In this document: positions 1-9,657 of the stretch, piece after piece
Numbering within the stretch: the stretch's first letter is position 1
How the letters are laid out: each line of letters begins with the position of its first letter
Origin: Candidatus Saccharimonadota bacterium
Lineage (GTDB): Bacteria; Bacteroidota; Bacteroidia; Flavobacteriales; Blattabacteriaceae
NCBI GenBank assembly: GCA_029851245.1
Contig: CP099826.1
Span: 57,688 to 89,687, forward strand
Direction: 5' to 3'
Length of the DNA stretch: 32,000 nucleotides
Position numbers and translations under genes: made by a program
The notes under the pieces: generated by a model
Told to the model about the DNA's origin: nothing
The model's database searches: none
Seen by the model: only the letters and a program-made list of their open reading frames with translations

Positions 1-1940
1 TTTTTACCATTTTTATCTAAAATTATACCTAATGGTAAAATATTTTTATATGAAATTTTATTTGAAATAATACAAGAAATAGTATGTAATGTAAAAAACC
101 AACCTCTTATTTGATCAATACCTTCAGTAATAAAATCCGAAGGGAATATTATATTATTATCAATTAATTTTTTTTTTTTTTTATTAAAAGGATAATGATA
201 TTGCGCATATTGACTAACGCCTGAATCAAACCATACATCAATAACGTCTAATTCTTTATACATTTTTTTACCGTCTTTAGACGATAAAATAATATTATTT
301 ATAATATTACTATGTAAATTAATTTTTTTATAATTTATTTTATTATTAAAAATATATTTTTTAAATGGATTTTTTTTTATAAATCCTAATTTAATAGATT
401 TATTAATTTCTTTATTTAATTCTTTAATAGAACCAATAATTAAATATTTTTTTTCATTTTTAGTTTTCCATATAGGTAAAGGTGTTCCCCAAAATCTTGA
501 TCTAGATATATTCCAATTTTTAATATTTTTTAACCAATAATAAAATTTATTTTTAATTAAATTACTTGAACACCAATTTATATTTTTACTTAAATTTATA
601 ATTTTATTTTTTATTTTTTTTAAATTAATAAACCATGATTTAATAGGATAATAAATAATAGGTTTATTAGTTCTCCAACAATGTGGATATAAATGTTTGT
701 ATTTTTTAATTTTAAAAATACATTTTTTTTTAATTAAATATTGAATTATTATTTTATCTACTGAATATTTATTATTTTTATTACAATATTTTATATTAAT
801 ATATTTCCCTCCTAAACCTAATGGAGTATTTTTAATAAATTTTCCATTTTTATCAACAATAGGATATATTTTATTTTTATTATTTTTATATAATATTTCA
901 GAAATATTATTAATTTTTGAAATTTCAAAATCTTCTTTTCCAAAAGTTGGAGAAATATGTATTATTCCAGTACCTATATTTTTTTTTATTATATTTAAAT
1001 TATCATTAATAATAATAAATATTTTTTTATTTTTATTAATTGGAGAAAACCAATTAATAATTTGATAATATTTTAAACCTATTAATAATTTACCTAATAT
1101 TTTTTTTAAAATTTTATATTTTTTATTTTTTAAAAATGATTTAACATAATATTTAGAAATTATACAATTTATAAATTTTTTATTATAAACATTATATATT
1201 TTTATTAAATAATAATAAAATTTTTTATTAATTAATAAAGCACTATTTGCAGGTAATGTCCAAGGTGTAGTAGTCCAAGCTAATAAATATACTTTTTTAT
1301 ATTTAAAAATTTTATTTTTTTTTAATTTGAAAAGTACGTATATTGATAAAGAATTAATATATTTATGAGTATAAGGTAAATTTAATTCTTGATAACTAAT
1401 AGGGGTACCTGCAATTGGTGAATAAGGTAATATATTATAGGATTTATATAATAAATTTTTATTATAAATTTTTTTAATAATCCACCATATAGTTTCTATA
1501 TATTTATTAGAACAAGTAATATAGTTATTTTTTTCATTTAAAAAATAACCTATTTTATTAGTAAATTTTTTCCATATTTTTAAATTTTTTTTAATAAATT
1601 TTAGACATTTATTATTAAAAAAATTAATTGATATTTTATTACCAATATCTTTTTTATTAATTTTTAATATTTTTTCAACTTCTATTTCTATTGGTAAACC
1701 ATGTGTATCCCAACCTAATTTATTAATTACTTTATAATTATTAATAGTATAAAATCTATAATAAATATCTTTAATAATTCTTGAAAATATATGATGTACT
1801 CCAGGTTTTCCATTTAATGAAGGTGGACCATCTAAGATAATATATTTTTTATTACTTTTTTTAGTAAAATTTAATATTTTTTTTTTTTTCCAAAATTTAA
1901 ATATAATTTTATATATTTTATAAAAATTTATATTTTTCAC
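1..1940 (-). CDS. ileS: isoleucyl-tRNA synthetase, N-terminal ~646 codons; the 3' end runs off the left window edge
   Basis: It is absent from the ORF track only because it has no stop codon in the window. I translated the minus strand by hand. GTG at 1940 is followed by DGPPSLNGKPGVHH and LGWDTHGLPIEIEVEK (about 1700-1860). AWTTTPWTLPANSA has its codon start at 1280. YPHCWRTNKPIIYYP, DVWFDSGVSQYAQYHYPF and FPSDFITEGIDQIRGWFFTLH lie in 1-690. The three checkpoints (1940, 1280, 689) are in the same frame. An internal A15 run (168-182) reads through as KKKKK. The start codon (GTG) is not certain. Confidence 0.9.
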   Translation of the reverse strand, partial: MKNINFYKIYKIIFKFWKKKKILNFTKKSNKKYIILDGPPSLNGKPGVHHIFSRIIKDIYYRFYTINNYKVINKLGWDTHGLPIEIEVEKILKINKKDIGNKISINFFNNKCLKFIKKNLKIWKKFTNKIGYFLNEKNNYITCSNKYIETIWWIIKKIYNKNLLYKSYNILPYSPIAGTPISYQELNLPYTHKYINSLSIYVLFKLKKNKIFKYKKVYLLAWTTTPWTLPANSALLINKKFYYYLIKIYNVYNKKFINCIISKYYVKSFLKNKKYKILKKILGKLLIGLKYYQIINWFSPINKNKKIFIIINDNLNIIKKNIGTGIIHISPTFGKEDFEISKINNISEILYKNNKNKIYPIVDKNGKFIKNTPLGLGGKYINIKYCNKNNKYSVDKIIIQYLIKKKCIFKIKKYKHLYPHCWRTNKPIIYYPIKSWFINLKKIKNKIINLSKNINWCSSNLIKNKFYYWLKNIKNWNISRSRFWGTPLPIWKTKNEKKYLIIGSIKELNKEINKSIKLGFIKKNPFKKYIFNNKINYKKINLHSNIINNIILSSKDGKKMYKELDVIDVWFDSGVSQYAQYHYPFNKKKKKLIDNNIIFPSDFITEGIDQIRGWFFTLHTISCIISNKISYKNILPLGIILDKNGK

Positions 1941-1954
1941 AATTTTAATAAAAT

Positions 1955-2026
1955 TAGCCCATAGGGGAATTGAACCCCTCTTTCCAGAATGAAAATCTGA
2001 CGTCCTAACCTATAGACTAATGGGCT
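1955..2026 (-). tRNA. trnE: tRNA-Glu (anticodon UUC)
   Basis: The reverse complement folds as a 72-nt cloverleaf: AGCCCAT/ATGGGCT acceptor stem, GTCT/GGAC D-stem, TCAGA-TTTTCAT-TCTGG anticodon arm (TTC) and AGGGG-TTCAATT-CCCCT T-arm. No CCA is encoded. Confidence 0.8.
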
Positions 2027-2053
2027 TATTATATATTATATATAATATAAATA

Positions 2054-2329
2054 TTAAATATAATTATTTATAAATTTATTAATTTTATTTTTTATTTTTG
2101 AACATTTATTAATATGAATAATTTTTTTATTTTTTAATTTATCTAAAATTGAATATATATTAGAAATATTATTATTAATAATATTTTTATTTAATTTATT
2201 TGTAGAATTATTAATAATATATAATTTAAAATTTTTAATAATTTTTTTTATATTATTAATTTTAGATTTATTATAATAATATTTTTTTTTATTTTGTTTT
2301 TGTTTTTTAATAGAAGATTTTTTTGTCAT
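2054..2329 (-). CDS. rpsT: 30S ribosomal protein S20
   Basis: 91-aa very basic protein. The N-terminus is MTKKSSIKKQKQNKKK. The C-terminal LDKLKNKKIIHINKCSKIKNKINKFIN matches the S20 pattern (...KGxIHKNKAARxKxxLxxxIN). Confidence 0.8.
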   Translation of the reverse strand: MTKKSSIKKQKQNKKKYYYNKSKINNIKKIIKNFKLYIINNSTNKLNKNIINNNISNIYSILDKLKNKKIIHINKCSKIKNKINKFINNYI

Positions 2330-2372
2330 TTAATTTAAAATACTAAATAAATTAAATATAATATTTTATTTA

Positions 2373-3653
2373 CTATATATAGTTATAGTAAAATCCAATT
2401 TTTTTTAAATCTTTCCAAAAATTAGGATAAGATTTATTAACAGTTTTTGGATTTTCAATAAATATATTATTATATTTAATTGCTAATATTGAGAATGACA
2501 TTGCCATTCTATGATCATTATATGTATTAATAATAATTTTATTATTTTTAATAATTTTATTAAATTTACTTATTAATAATTTACTATTTGTAATTTTTGT
2601 ATTAATACCAATTTTTTTTAATTCTTTATTTAATGCAATTAATCTATCAGTTTCTTTAATTTTTAATGTTTTTAATCCTTTTATAAGACATTTAATTTTT
2701 AAAATTGAACATGTAAGTATAATAGTTTGTGCAATGTCTGGAGTAGATTTTAAATTTAATTTTATAAATTTTGGAAAATTAAAATTTTTATTTTTGTATA
2801 TTAAAATAAATTTTTTTTTAAATTTTGTTTTAATACCAAAATATTTTTTATATATTTTATATATAATATTATCACCTTGTAAACTATTTTTATAAAAATT
2901 ATTTAATTTAAAAGTTACATTATTTAATAAAGTAATAATAGAATAAAAATATGATGCAGAACTCCAATCAGATTCTATATAATATTTTATATTTTTTTTA
3001 ATATTTAAATATTTATTAATTGGTGGAATAATAATAATTTTTTTTTTATTATTAAATAATATTTTAAAATTTATTTTTTTAAAAATATTAATAGTCATTT
3101 TAATATATGAAAAAGAAATATTATTATTTTTTAATATTATTTTTAATCCATTTTTTAATTTTGGTGCTATTAATATTAAAGAAGTAATATATTGACTACT
3201 AATATTAGAGTTAATTTTAATTTTATTTTTATATATATTTTTACCTTTTATATAAAGTGGTGGATATCCTATTTTATTAATATATTTAATATTAGCTCCT
3301 AATTTATTTAAACATTTTACTAATTCTAATACAGGTCTATTTTGCATTCTTGAATTTCCTGTAAGTATAATTTTATTATTATTAATAATAGAATAATATG
3401 AAATTAAAAATCTCATTACTGTACCAGCATCTTTTACATTAATTTTTTTATTATTTTTAATTAAAATATTTTGCATAATTTTGGTATCATTAGAATTTGA
3501 TAAATTAAATAATTTAAAATTTATAAATTTATTAAATAATTTTTTAATTATTAATAATCTATTAGATTCACTTTTAGAACCACAAATATTAAAATTAATT
3601 AATTTATAATTATATATTTTATTATTATTAAATTTTAATGATAATAATGACAT
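2373..3653 (-). CDS. aroA: 3-phosphoshikimate 1-carboxyvinyltransferase (EPSP synthase)
   Basis: 426 aa with motifs GSKSESNRLLII, DAGTVMRFL, GNSRMQNRPVLELV, SSQYITSLIL, DWSSASYF, KETDRLIALNKELKKIG and YNDHRMAMSFSILA. Confidence 0.92.
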   Translation of the reverse strand: MSLLSLKFNNNKIYNYKLINFNICGSKSESNRLLIIKKLFNKFINFKLFNLSNSNDTKIMQNILIKNNKKINVKDAGTVMRFLISYYSIINNNKIILTGNSRMQNRPVLELVKCLNKLGANIKYINKIGYPPLYIKGKNIYKNKIKINSNISSQYITSLILIAPKLKNGLKIILKNNNISFSYIKMTINIFKKINFKILFNNKKKIIIIPPINKYLNIKKNIKYYIESDWSSASYFYSIITLLNNVTFKLNNFYKNSLQGDNIIYKIYKKYFGIKTKFKKKFILIYKNKNFNFPKFIKLNLKSTPDIAQTIILTCSILKIKCLIKGLKTLKIKETDRLIALNKELKKIGINTKITNSKLLISKFNKIIKNNKIIINTYNDHRMAMSFSILAIKYNNIFIENPKTVNKSYPNFWKDLKKIGFYYNYI

Positions 3654-3697
3654 AACATATAATAAATTTTAAAAAATTTTTAGTAAAGAATTAATTA

Positions 3698-5533
3698 TTA
3701 TTTAATATATATTATTAATATATTAATATCTGAAGGCGTAATACCACTAATACTATAAGCTTGTTTTATATTAATAGGTTTATAATAATTTAATTTTTCT
3801 ATTGCTTCTTTAGATAAAGATTTAATATTAGAATAATTAAAATTTTTAGGAATTTTTAATTTTTCTAATTTTTTAATTTTTTTAATATTATAATTTTCTT
3901 TTTTTATATAATATTCATATTTAATATAATTTGAAATAATATTTTTATATTTAATAAAATATATTTTGTATTTTTTAAATATTTTATAATATTTAATTTT
4001 ATTAATTATATAATTAATATTAATATTATTATTAAGTAATAATTTTTTTAAAGTAATTGTTTTATTATTATATTTAATTTTTTTAATATTTAAAAAATTA
4101 ATTATTTTTTTAATGTAATATTTTTTTTTAATAATAATTTTATATTTTTTTTTATTAATTAATCCATATTTATATGCTTTTTTATATAATCTAATATCTG
4201 CATTATCTTGTCTTAATAATATTCTATATTCAGCTCTAGAAGTAAACATTCTATATGGTTCTAATGTACCTTTATTAATTAAATCATCTATAAGTACACC
4301 TATATATGATTCATTTCTTTTTAAAATAAATTTATTTTTATTATTAATTTTTAAATAAGCATTAATACCAGCAATTAAACCTTGACATGCAGCTTCTTCA
4401 TAACCAGTAGTACCATTAATTTGACCTGCAAAATATAAATTTTTTATAATTTTAGATTCTAAAGTAAATTTTAATTGTATAGGATTAAAATAATCATATT
4501 CTACAGCATATCCATAATTTATAATTTTACATTTTTCTAAACCTTTTATAGTTTTTATAGATTTATATTGTATTTTTTTAGGTAAACTTGTAGAAAAACC
4601 ATTAATATAAATGATATTACTATTCCAACCTTCAGGTTCTATAAATATTTGATGTTTTTTTTTATCTTTAAATCTATATATTTTATCTTCTATAGAAGGA
4701 CAATATCTAGGACCATTATTATTAATAATTTTATTAAATATTGGAGATTTATTAATATTATTTTTTATAATTTTATGAGTTTTATAATTAGTATATGTAA
4801 TATAACAATTTTTTTGTTTTTTAATTTTTTTAATTTTATTATTTAAAGAAAATTTAACAATTTTTTTATCTCCTTTATGGATTTTTAATTTTTTAAAATT
4901 AATTGAATTTTTTAAAATTCTTGGAGAAGTTCCAGTTTTCATTTTACCATATATAAAACCATATTTTTTAAGTTGTTCAGTAATACCTATAGAAGATTTT
5001 TCTTTTAATCTACCACCTTTATAAATTTTATTACCTATACAAATTTTACCATTTAAAAAAGTACCATTAGTTAATATAACAGATTTACTATATATTTTAT
5101 TTTTATTTTTAGTAATTACACCTAATATTACATTATTTTTAATAATAAGTTTAATAACTGTATTTTCTAAAATATTAATTTTTTTTTTAATTAAAATTTT
5201 TTTAATATTTTTAATATATAAATCTCTATCAATTTGTGCTCTAGGACTCCACATAGCGGGACCTTTAGATTTATTTAACATTTTAAATTGTATCATTGAT
5301 AAATCTGCAAATTTTCCCATATATCCACCTAATGCATCAATATCTTTAACAATTTGACCTTTCCCAATACCCCCTATAGAAGGATTACAAGACATTTTAC
5401 CAATATTATTTTTATTCATGGTAATTAATAATATATTAGCCCCTAATTTATGCGCAATTAATGTAGCTTCTATACCAGAATGTCCACCACCAATAATAAT
5501 AATATCGTATTTAAATTTAATATTAGTTTTCAT
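3698..5533 (-). CDS. mnmG: tRNA uridine-5-carboxymethylaminomethyl modification enzyme MnmG (GidA)
   Basis: 611 aa. FAD-binding N-terminus YDIIIIGGGHSGIEA, then MSCNPSIGGIGKGQIVKDIDALGG, GPRYCPSIEDKI, FAGQINGTTGYEEAACQGLIAG and YRMFTSRAEYRILLRQDNAD. Confidence 0.95.
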   Translation of the reverse strand: MKTNIKFKYDIIIIGGGHSGIEATLIAHKLGANILLITMNKNNIGKMSCNPSIGGIGKGQIVKDIDALGGYMGKFADLSMIQFKMLNKSKGPAMWSPRAQIDRDLYIKNIKKILIKKKINILENTVIKLIIKNNVILGVITKNKNKIYSKSVILTNGTFLNGKICIGNKIYKGGRLKEKSSIGITEQLKKYGFIYGKMKTGTSPRILKNSINFKKLKIHKGDKKIVKFSLNNKIKKIKKQKNCYITYTNYKTHKIIKNNINKSPIFNKIINNNGPRYCPSIEDKIYRFKDKKKHQIFIEPEGWNSNIIYINGFSTSLPKKIQYKSIKTIKGLEKCKIINYGYAVEYDYFNPIQLKFTLESKIIKNLYFAGQINGTTGYEEAACQGLIAGINAYLKINNKNKFILKRNESYIGVLIDDLINKGTLEPYRMFTSRAEYRILLRQDNADIRLYKKAYKYGLINKKKYKIIIKKKYYIKKIINFLNIKKIKYNNKTITLKKLLLNNNININYIINKIKYYKIFKKYKIYFIKYKNIISNYIKYEYYIKKENYNIKKIKKLEKLKIPKNFNYSNIKSLSKEAIEKLNYYKPINIKQAYSISGITPSDINILIIYIK

Positions 5534-5547
5534 ATTATATATAATAA

Positions 5548-5991
5548 TTAATTAAAATAAAAATTATTATTTTTAAATTTTTTAATATAAAAATTTTGTT
5601 TTTTAAACATTTTTTTTTTAAAAATATTATTAATATCTTTATAACCTATTAAATGAAGTAAAGAATGAATAATAACTATTTTTAATTCATAATAAAAAAA
5701 AGTATTATATTTTTTGGAATTATTATATATTTGAGATAAACTAATAAATATATCTCCATATAAATATTTTATTTTTTTATTATTAAAATAATTAAAGGTA
5801 ATAGTATCAGTATATTTATTATTATTTAAATATTTTTTATTTAATTTTAAAATATATTTATTATTACAAAATATTATATTAATAATATATATTTTTTTAT
5901 TTTCTTTATTAATTAAATAAATAATATTATTAATTAATTTTTTTTTATTATTTATATTATAATTATAGTTAATAAAAAAAAAATTTATCAT
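5548..5991 (-). CDS. ybeY: rRNA maturation endoribonuclease YbeY
   Basis: 147 aa. It carries the zinc-binding HxxxH motif in context (IIHSLLHLIGYKD), preceded by TDTITFNY and GDIFIS as in YbeY. Confidence 0.8.
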   Translation of the reverse strand: MINFFFINYNYNINNKKKLINNIIYLINKENKKIYIINIIFCNNKYILKLNKKYLNNNKYTDTITFNYFNNKKIKYLYGDIFISLSQIYNNSKKYNTFFYYELKIVIIHSLLHLIGYKDINNIFKKKMFKKQNFYIKKFKNNNFYFN

Positions 5992-6038
5992 TTTTTTATA
6001 TTTTAAATTAATTAATTATTATATATAATTATTATAAT

Positions 6039-7022
6039 ATGTTTTTAAATAATTTTATTGATAATATTAAAATTTATTGTATTAGTGGAAATGGTGGGAA
6101 TGGAAAAGTTAGTTTTAAAAGAAAAAATAAAAAATTAGGAAAACCTGATGGTGGAAATGGTGGAAAAGGTGGAGATATAATATTTTATAGTAATAATAAT
6201 ATAATATCTTTATTATATTTAAAATATAAAAATATATATAAAGCAAGTAATGGAGAAAGTGGTAAAAATAATTGTAAAACTGGTAAAAGTGGAAAAAATA
6301 AAATTATAAATATACCAATAGGTAGTAAAATTTATTATTATATTAAAAATAAAAAATATAAATATTATTTTAAAAAAAATAATATATATAAAACTATAAT
6401 ATTAGGTGGGGAAGGTGGATATGGTAATAATTATTTTAAAAATTCTAGAAATCAGAAAACTAGAGAATATACATTAGGTAAAAAAGGATTAAAAATATTA
6501 ATAAATATTAAATTATATATTAATGTAGATATAGGAATTATAGGATATCCAAATACTGGTAAATCTACTATTTTATCTTTATTAACAAATAGTAAACCTA
6601 AAATTGATAATTATTTATTTACGACTATTAAACCTAATATTGGAATATATAAAAAAAATTATAAAAATTATATAGTTATGGAAATTCCAGCAATTATAAA
6701 AAATTCATATAAAGGTAAAGGCATAGGAAATTATTATATAAGATATATAAAAAAATATAAATTATTATTATTTGTAATATCAAGTAGTAATTATAAAAAT
6801 ATTGTATTACAATTAAAAATATTAAAAAATGAATTATTAAAAAGTAATATTATAATAAATAATAAAAAAATATTAATTTTATTATCTAATAAAATAGAAA
6901 ATATTAAAGAGAAAATATTGTTAAAAATAATAAAATTTTTAAAAAAAAAAAAATATAATTATTTTTTATTTTTTAAAAAAAATATTAAAATATTAAAAAA
7001 TAAAATTAATAAATATTTATAA
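6039..7022 (+). CDS. obgE: GTPase Obg/CgtA
   Basis: 327 aa. Obg fold with glycine-rich N-terminus (FIDNIKIYCISGNGGNGKVSFKR, GGNGGKGGDIIF). P-loop GYPNTGKSTILS followed by YLFTTIKPNIG. Confidence 0.9.
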   Translation: MFLNNFIDNIKIYCISGNGGNGKVSFKRKNKKLGKPDGGNGGKGGDIIFYSNNNIISLLYLKYKNIYKASNGESGKNNCKTGKSGKNKIINIPIGSKIYYYIKNKKYKYYFKKNNIYKTIILGGEGGYGNNYFKNSRNQKTREYTLGKKGLKILINIKLYINVDIGIIGYPNTGKSTILSLLTNSKPKIDNYLFTTIKPNIGIYKKNYKNYIVMEIPAIIKNSYKGKGIGNYYIRYIKKYKLLLFVISSSNYKNIVLQLKILKNELLKSNIIINNKKILILLSNKIENIKEKILLKIIKFLKKKKYNYFLFFKKNIKILKNKINKYL

Positions 7023-8030
7023 TTATAATTTGTTTATAATTATAAACTTTATAAGTTTTTTAATATCATTAGGTAATTTAATAATAAATTTTTTATTTTT
7101 TTTAAAAATAGGATGATAAAATTTTAAATAATATGCATGTAACGCTAATCTAGGTAAAATTTTAAAACATTTATTAAGAATATTTTTATTAATTTTATTA
7201 AAATTTAAATTATTTTTAATTTTATTACCACCATAAATATCATCATTAAAAATAGTATTACCTATATAATTTAAATGTATTCTTATTTGATGAGTTCTAC
7301 CAGTTTTAAGATAACATTTTAATAATGAAAAATATTTAAATTTTTTAATAATTTTATATTTAGTAATAGAATATTTACCATATTTTTTATTTAAATATAC
7401 TTTCATAATTTTTCTATTTTTTATATTCCTACCTATATAATTTTTAATTGTTAAAGTATTATATTTTGGAATTCCCCATACTAATGCTAAATATTTTTTT
7501 ATAATAATTTTATTAATAAATTGCTTTTTAATATTATTATATATTTTTAAATTTTTTGCTATTATTAATAAACCAGATGTATTTTTATCTAATCTATGTA
7601 ATAAACCTAATTTATTATCTGTATAATTTAAATTATTATTTATATTTTTAATATTAATATAATATTTTAACCAATTTATAAGAGTATTATTATAATTACC
7701 ATATCCAGGATGTACAATTAATCCTGGTTGTTTATTAATAATTATTATATATTTATCTTCATAATGAATATTAATTTTAATATTTTTATTTTCAGTAATA
7801 ATATTATTATTATTATTTAATAATTGATTATTATAAATAAAAATAATTTTATCATTAATTTTAATTTTTTTATTACATTTTATAATTTTATTATTTAATA
7901 ATACATTATTATTAATAATATTATTTTGTATTTTTTTTCTAGATATTTTTTTTTTAAAAAATATATATAAATATTTATCAATTCTAATATTTATATTATT
8001 TTTAATATTAATTTTAATTTTATTAATCAT
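7023..8030 (-). CDS. rluD: 23S rRNA pseudouridine synthase, RluA/RluD family
   Basis: 335 aa. N-terminal S4-like region (IRIDKYL), catalytic HRLDKNTSGLLIIAK and GRTHQIRIHL. Confidence 0.85.
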   Translation of the reverse strand: MINKIKINIKNNINIRIDKYLYIFFKKKISRKKIQNNIINNNVLLNNKIIKCNKKIKINDKIIFIYNNQLLNNNNNIITENKNIKINIHYEDKYIIIINKQPGLIVHPGYGNYNNTLINWLKYYINIKNINNNLNYTDNKLGLLHRLDKNTSGLLIIAKNLKIYNNIKKQFINKIIIKKYLALVWGIPKYNTLTIKNYIGRNIKNRKIMKVYLNKKYGKYSITKYKIIKKFKYFSLLKCYLKTGRTHQIRIHLNYIGNTIFNDDIYGGNKIKNNLNFNKINKNILNKCFKILPRLALHAYYLKFYHPIFKKNKKFIIKLPNDIKKLIKFIIINKL

Positions 8031-8067
8031 TAATTATTAATAAATATATTAATATAAATAATATGTA

Positions 8068-8437
8068 TGGAGTTGGCGGGATTTGAACCCGCGTCCATAT
8101 TAAAAATAATAAAATATTTTTTTACATATTTTCTAATTTAATATTTTTTTTAAAATTTTTTTATTATATAAATTAGTAAATTAACAAATAAAAAAATTTA
8201 TCTATTTTTAAAAACTTAAATTATATAAAATTTATAATAGATAAAATAAATTTTATATAAATATATTATATTTACTTGCAAATTTTAAAAAAATTAAAAA
8301 TTTTAATAATTTTTATGCTGCAAGTTTATAATTATTATTTCCGCTTATTTTTTATTATATTTTTTTAAAGTGTAATATAATAAAACACTATATGAATATT
8401 TTAATATTTTAAATATGTCAAATCCATAAACAACCCC
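8068..8437 (-). ncRNA. ssrA: tmRNA (SsrA)
   Basis: The reverse complement starts GGGGTTGTTTATGGATTTGACA (tmRNA 5' end). It ends GGACGCGGGTTCAAATCCCGCCAACTCCA, which is a tRNA-like T-arm plus acceptor that pairs with the 5' GGGGTTG. An internal tag frame, gga aat aat aat tat aaa ctt gca gca taa (stop at 8313-8315), reads GNNNYKLAA*. This resembles my recollection of the flavobacterial ...NNYALAA tag. The exact resume codon is not determined. Confidence 0.85.
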
Positions 8438-8484
8438 ATTTAATATATAAATATATAATAAATATAATTAATTTAATAAATTAA

Positions 8485-8919
8485 TTAAATTAAACTTAAT
8501 ATTGCTAATTTATATGATTTTAAACCAAATCCTATTATTATACCATTAGTATAAGGTGAAGTTAATAAATTTTTTCTAATACTTTCTCTATTAAATATAT
8601 TACTTACGTGAACTTCAATTATTTTAGTTTTTAAATTAATAGTTTTTATAGTATCTGAAATTGCTAATGAAGTATGAGTATATGCCCCTAAATTTATTAT
8701 ATAACCAATATTATTATTATTATTATAATATTTATATAAATAATCTATAATATTACCTTCATTATTATTATAATATGTAATAATATTTACAACATTTTTA
8801 TATTTATTTTTTAAATTATTTAAATATTTATTTATATCATATTTACCATATATATTTTTTTCTCTTTTACCTATCATATTAATATTAGGACCATTAATAA
8901 TATAAATATTATTTTTCAT
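8485..8919 (-). CDS. aroQ: type II 3-dehydroquinate dehydratase
   Basis: 144 aa with IYIINGPNINMIGKREKNIYG, INLGAYTHTSLAISD and HVSNIFNRESIRKN, which is the type II DHQase signature. Confidence 0.9.
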   Translation of the reverse strand: MKNNIYIINGPNINMIGKREKNIYGKYDINKYLNNLKNKYKNVVNIITYYNNNEGNIIDYLYKYYNNNNNIGYIINLGAYTHTSLAISDTIKTINLKTKIIEVHVSNIFNRESIRKNLLTSPYTNGIIIGFGLKSYKLAILSLI

Positions 8920-9652
8920 TATTATAATTAATATTATTTATATGTTTAATATAATTTATTTTTTTTTTATTTAAAATTATATATTTACCTAGTTTAAGGG
9001 ATTTATTTAATTTTAAACCAGCAAAATAAATTCTATTTAAATTTAATATATTATAACCTAATTTATTAAAAATTCTATGTATTATTCTATTCCAACCAAT
9101 ATATATTGTAATTATTAAAATTTTTTTATTATTTTTAAAAATTTTTAAATTTTTAATTATTATTTTACCTTCTTTAAATATTATACCTTTTTTTAAAATT
9201 TTTAAATGTTTAATATTAAAATTTTTATTTAAATAAATTTTATATTTTTTTTTTATTTTATATCTTGGATGTGTTAAAAATTTTGATAATTTTCCATCAT
9301 TTGTAATTAATAATAAACCAGTAGTGTTAATATCTAATCTTCCTACAGGAAAAAGACCAAAATTTTTATATATTTTAGGAATATAATTCATTATTATATT
9401 ACGATTATAATTATCTTTTAAAGTAGTAATACAATTTTTGGGTTTATTAAAAAGTAAATAAATATTATTTTTTATATTTAATAATTTATTATTATATTTA
9501 ACATTATCATTAATATTAATTTTATATCCTAAAGTAGTAATAATATTATTATTAACTTTAATAATACCAGATTTTATTAAGTTATCTGCTTTTCTTCTAG
9601 AACATATTCCACATTTAGAAATAAATTTATTTAATCTAATAATTTTATTCAT
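8909..9652 (-). CDS. rluB: rRNA pseudouridine synthase, RsuA/RluB family
   Basis: 247 aa. S4 domain IRLNKFISKCGICSRRKADNLIKSGIIKVNN, catalytic GRLDINTTGLLLITNDG. It overlaps aroQ by 11 nt. Confidence 0.85.
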   Translation of the reverse strand: MNKIIRLNKFISKCGICSRRKADNLIKSGIIKVNNNIITTLGYKININDNVKYNNKLLNIKNNIYLLFNKPKNCITTLKDNYNRNIIMNYIPKIYKNFGLFPVGRLDINTTGLLLITNDGKLSKFLTHPRYKIKKKYKIYLNKNFNIKHLKILKKGIIFKEGKIIIKNLKIFKNNKKILIITIYIGWNRIIHRIFNKLGYNILNLNRIYFAGLKLNKSLKLGKYIILNKKKINYIKHINNINYNNEK

Positions 9653-9657
9653 ATATT

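Noticed and set aside
4649-4846. Short antisense or overlapping ORFs from the track (4649-4846 +, 15672-15908 -, 28914-29102 -)
   Set aside because: Each lies entirely inside, or overlaps, a well-supported conserved gene (mnmG, nusA, tsaD) on the other strand. They have I/F/L/Y-rich compositions typical of antisense AT-rich sequence.
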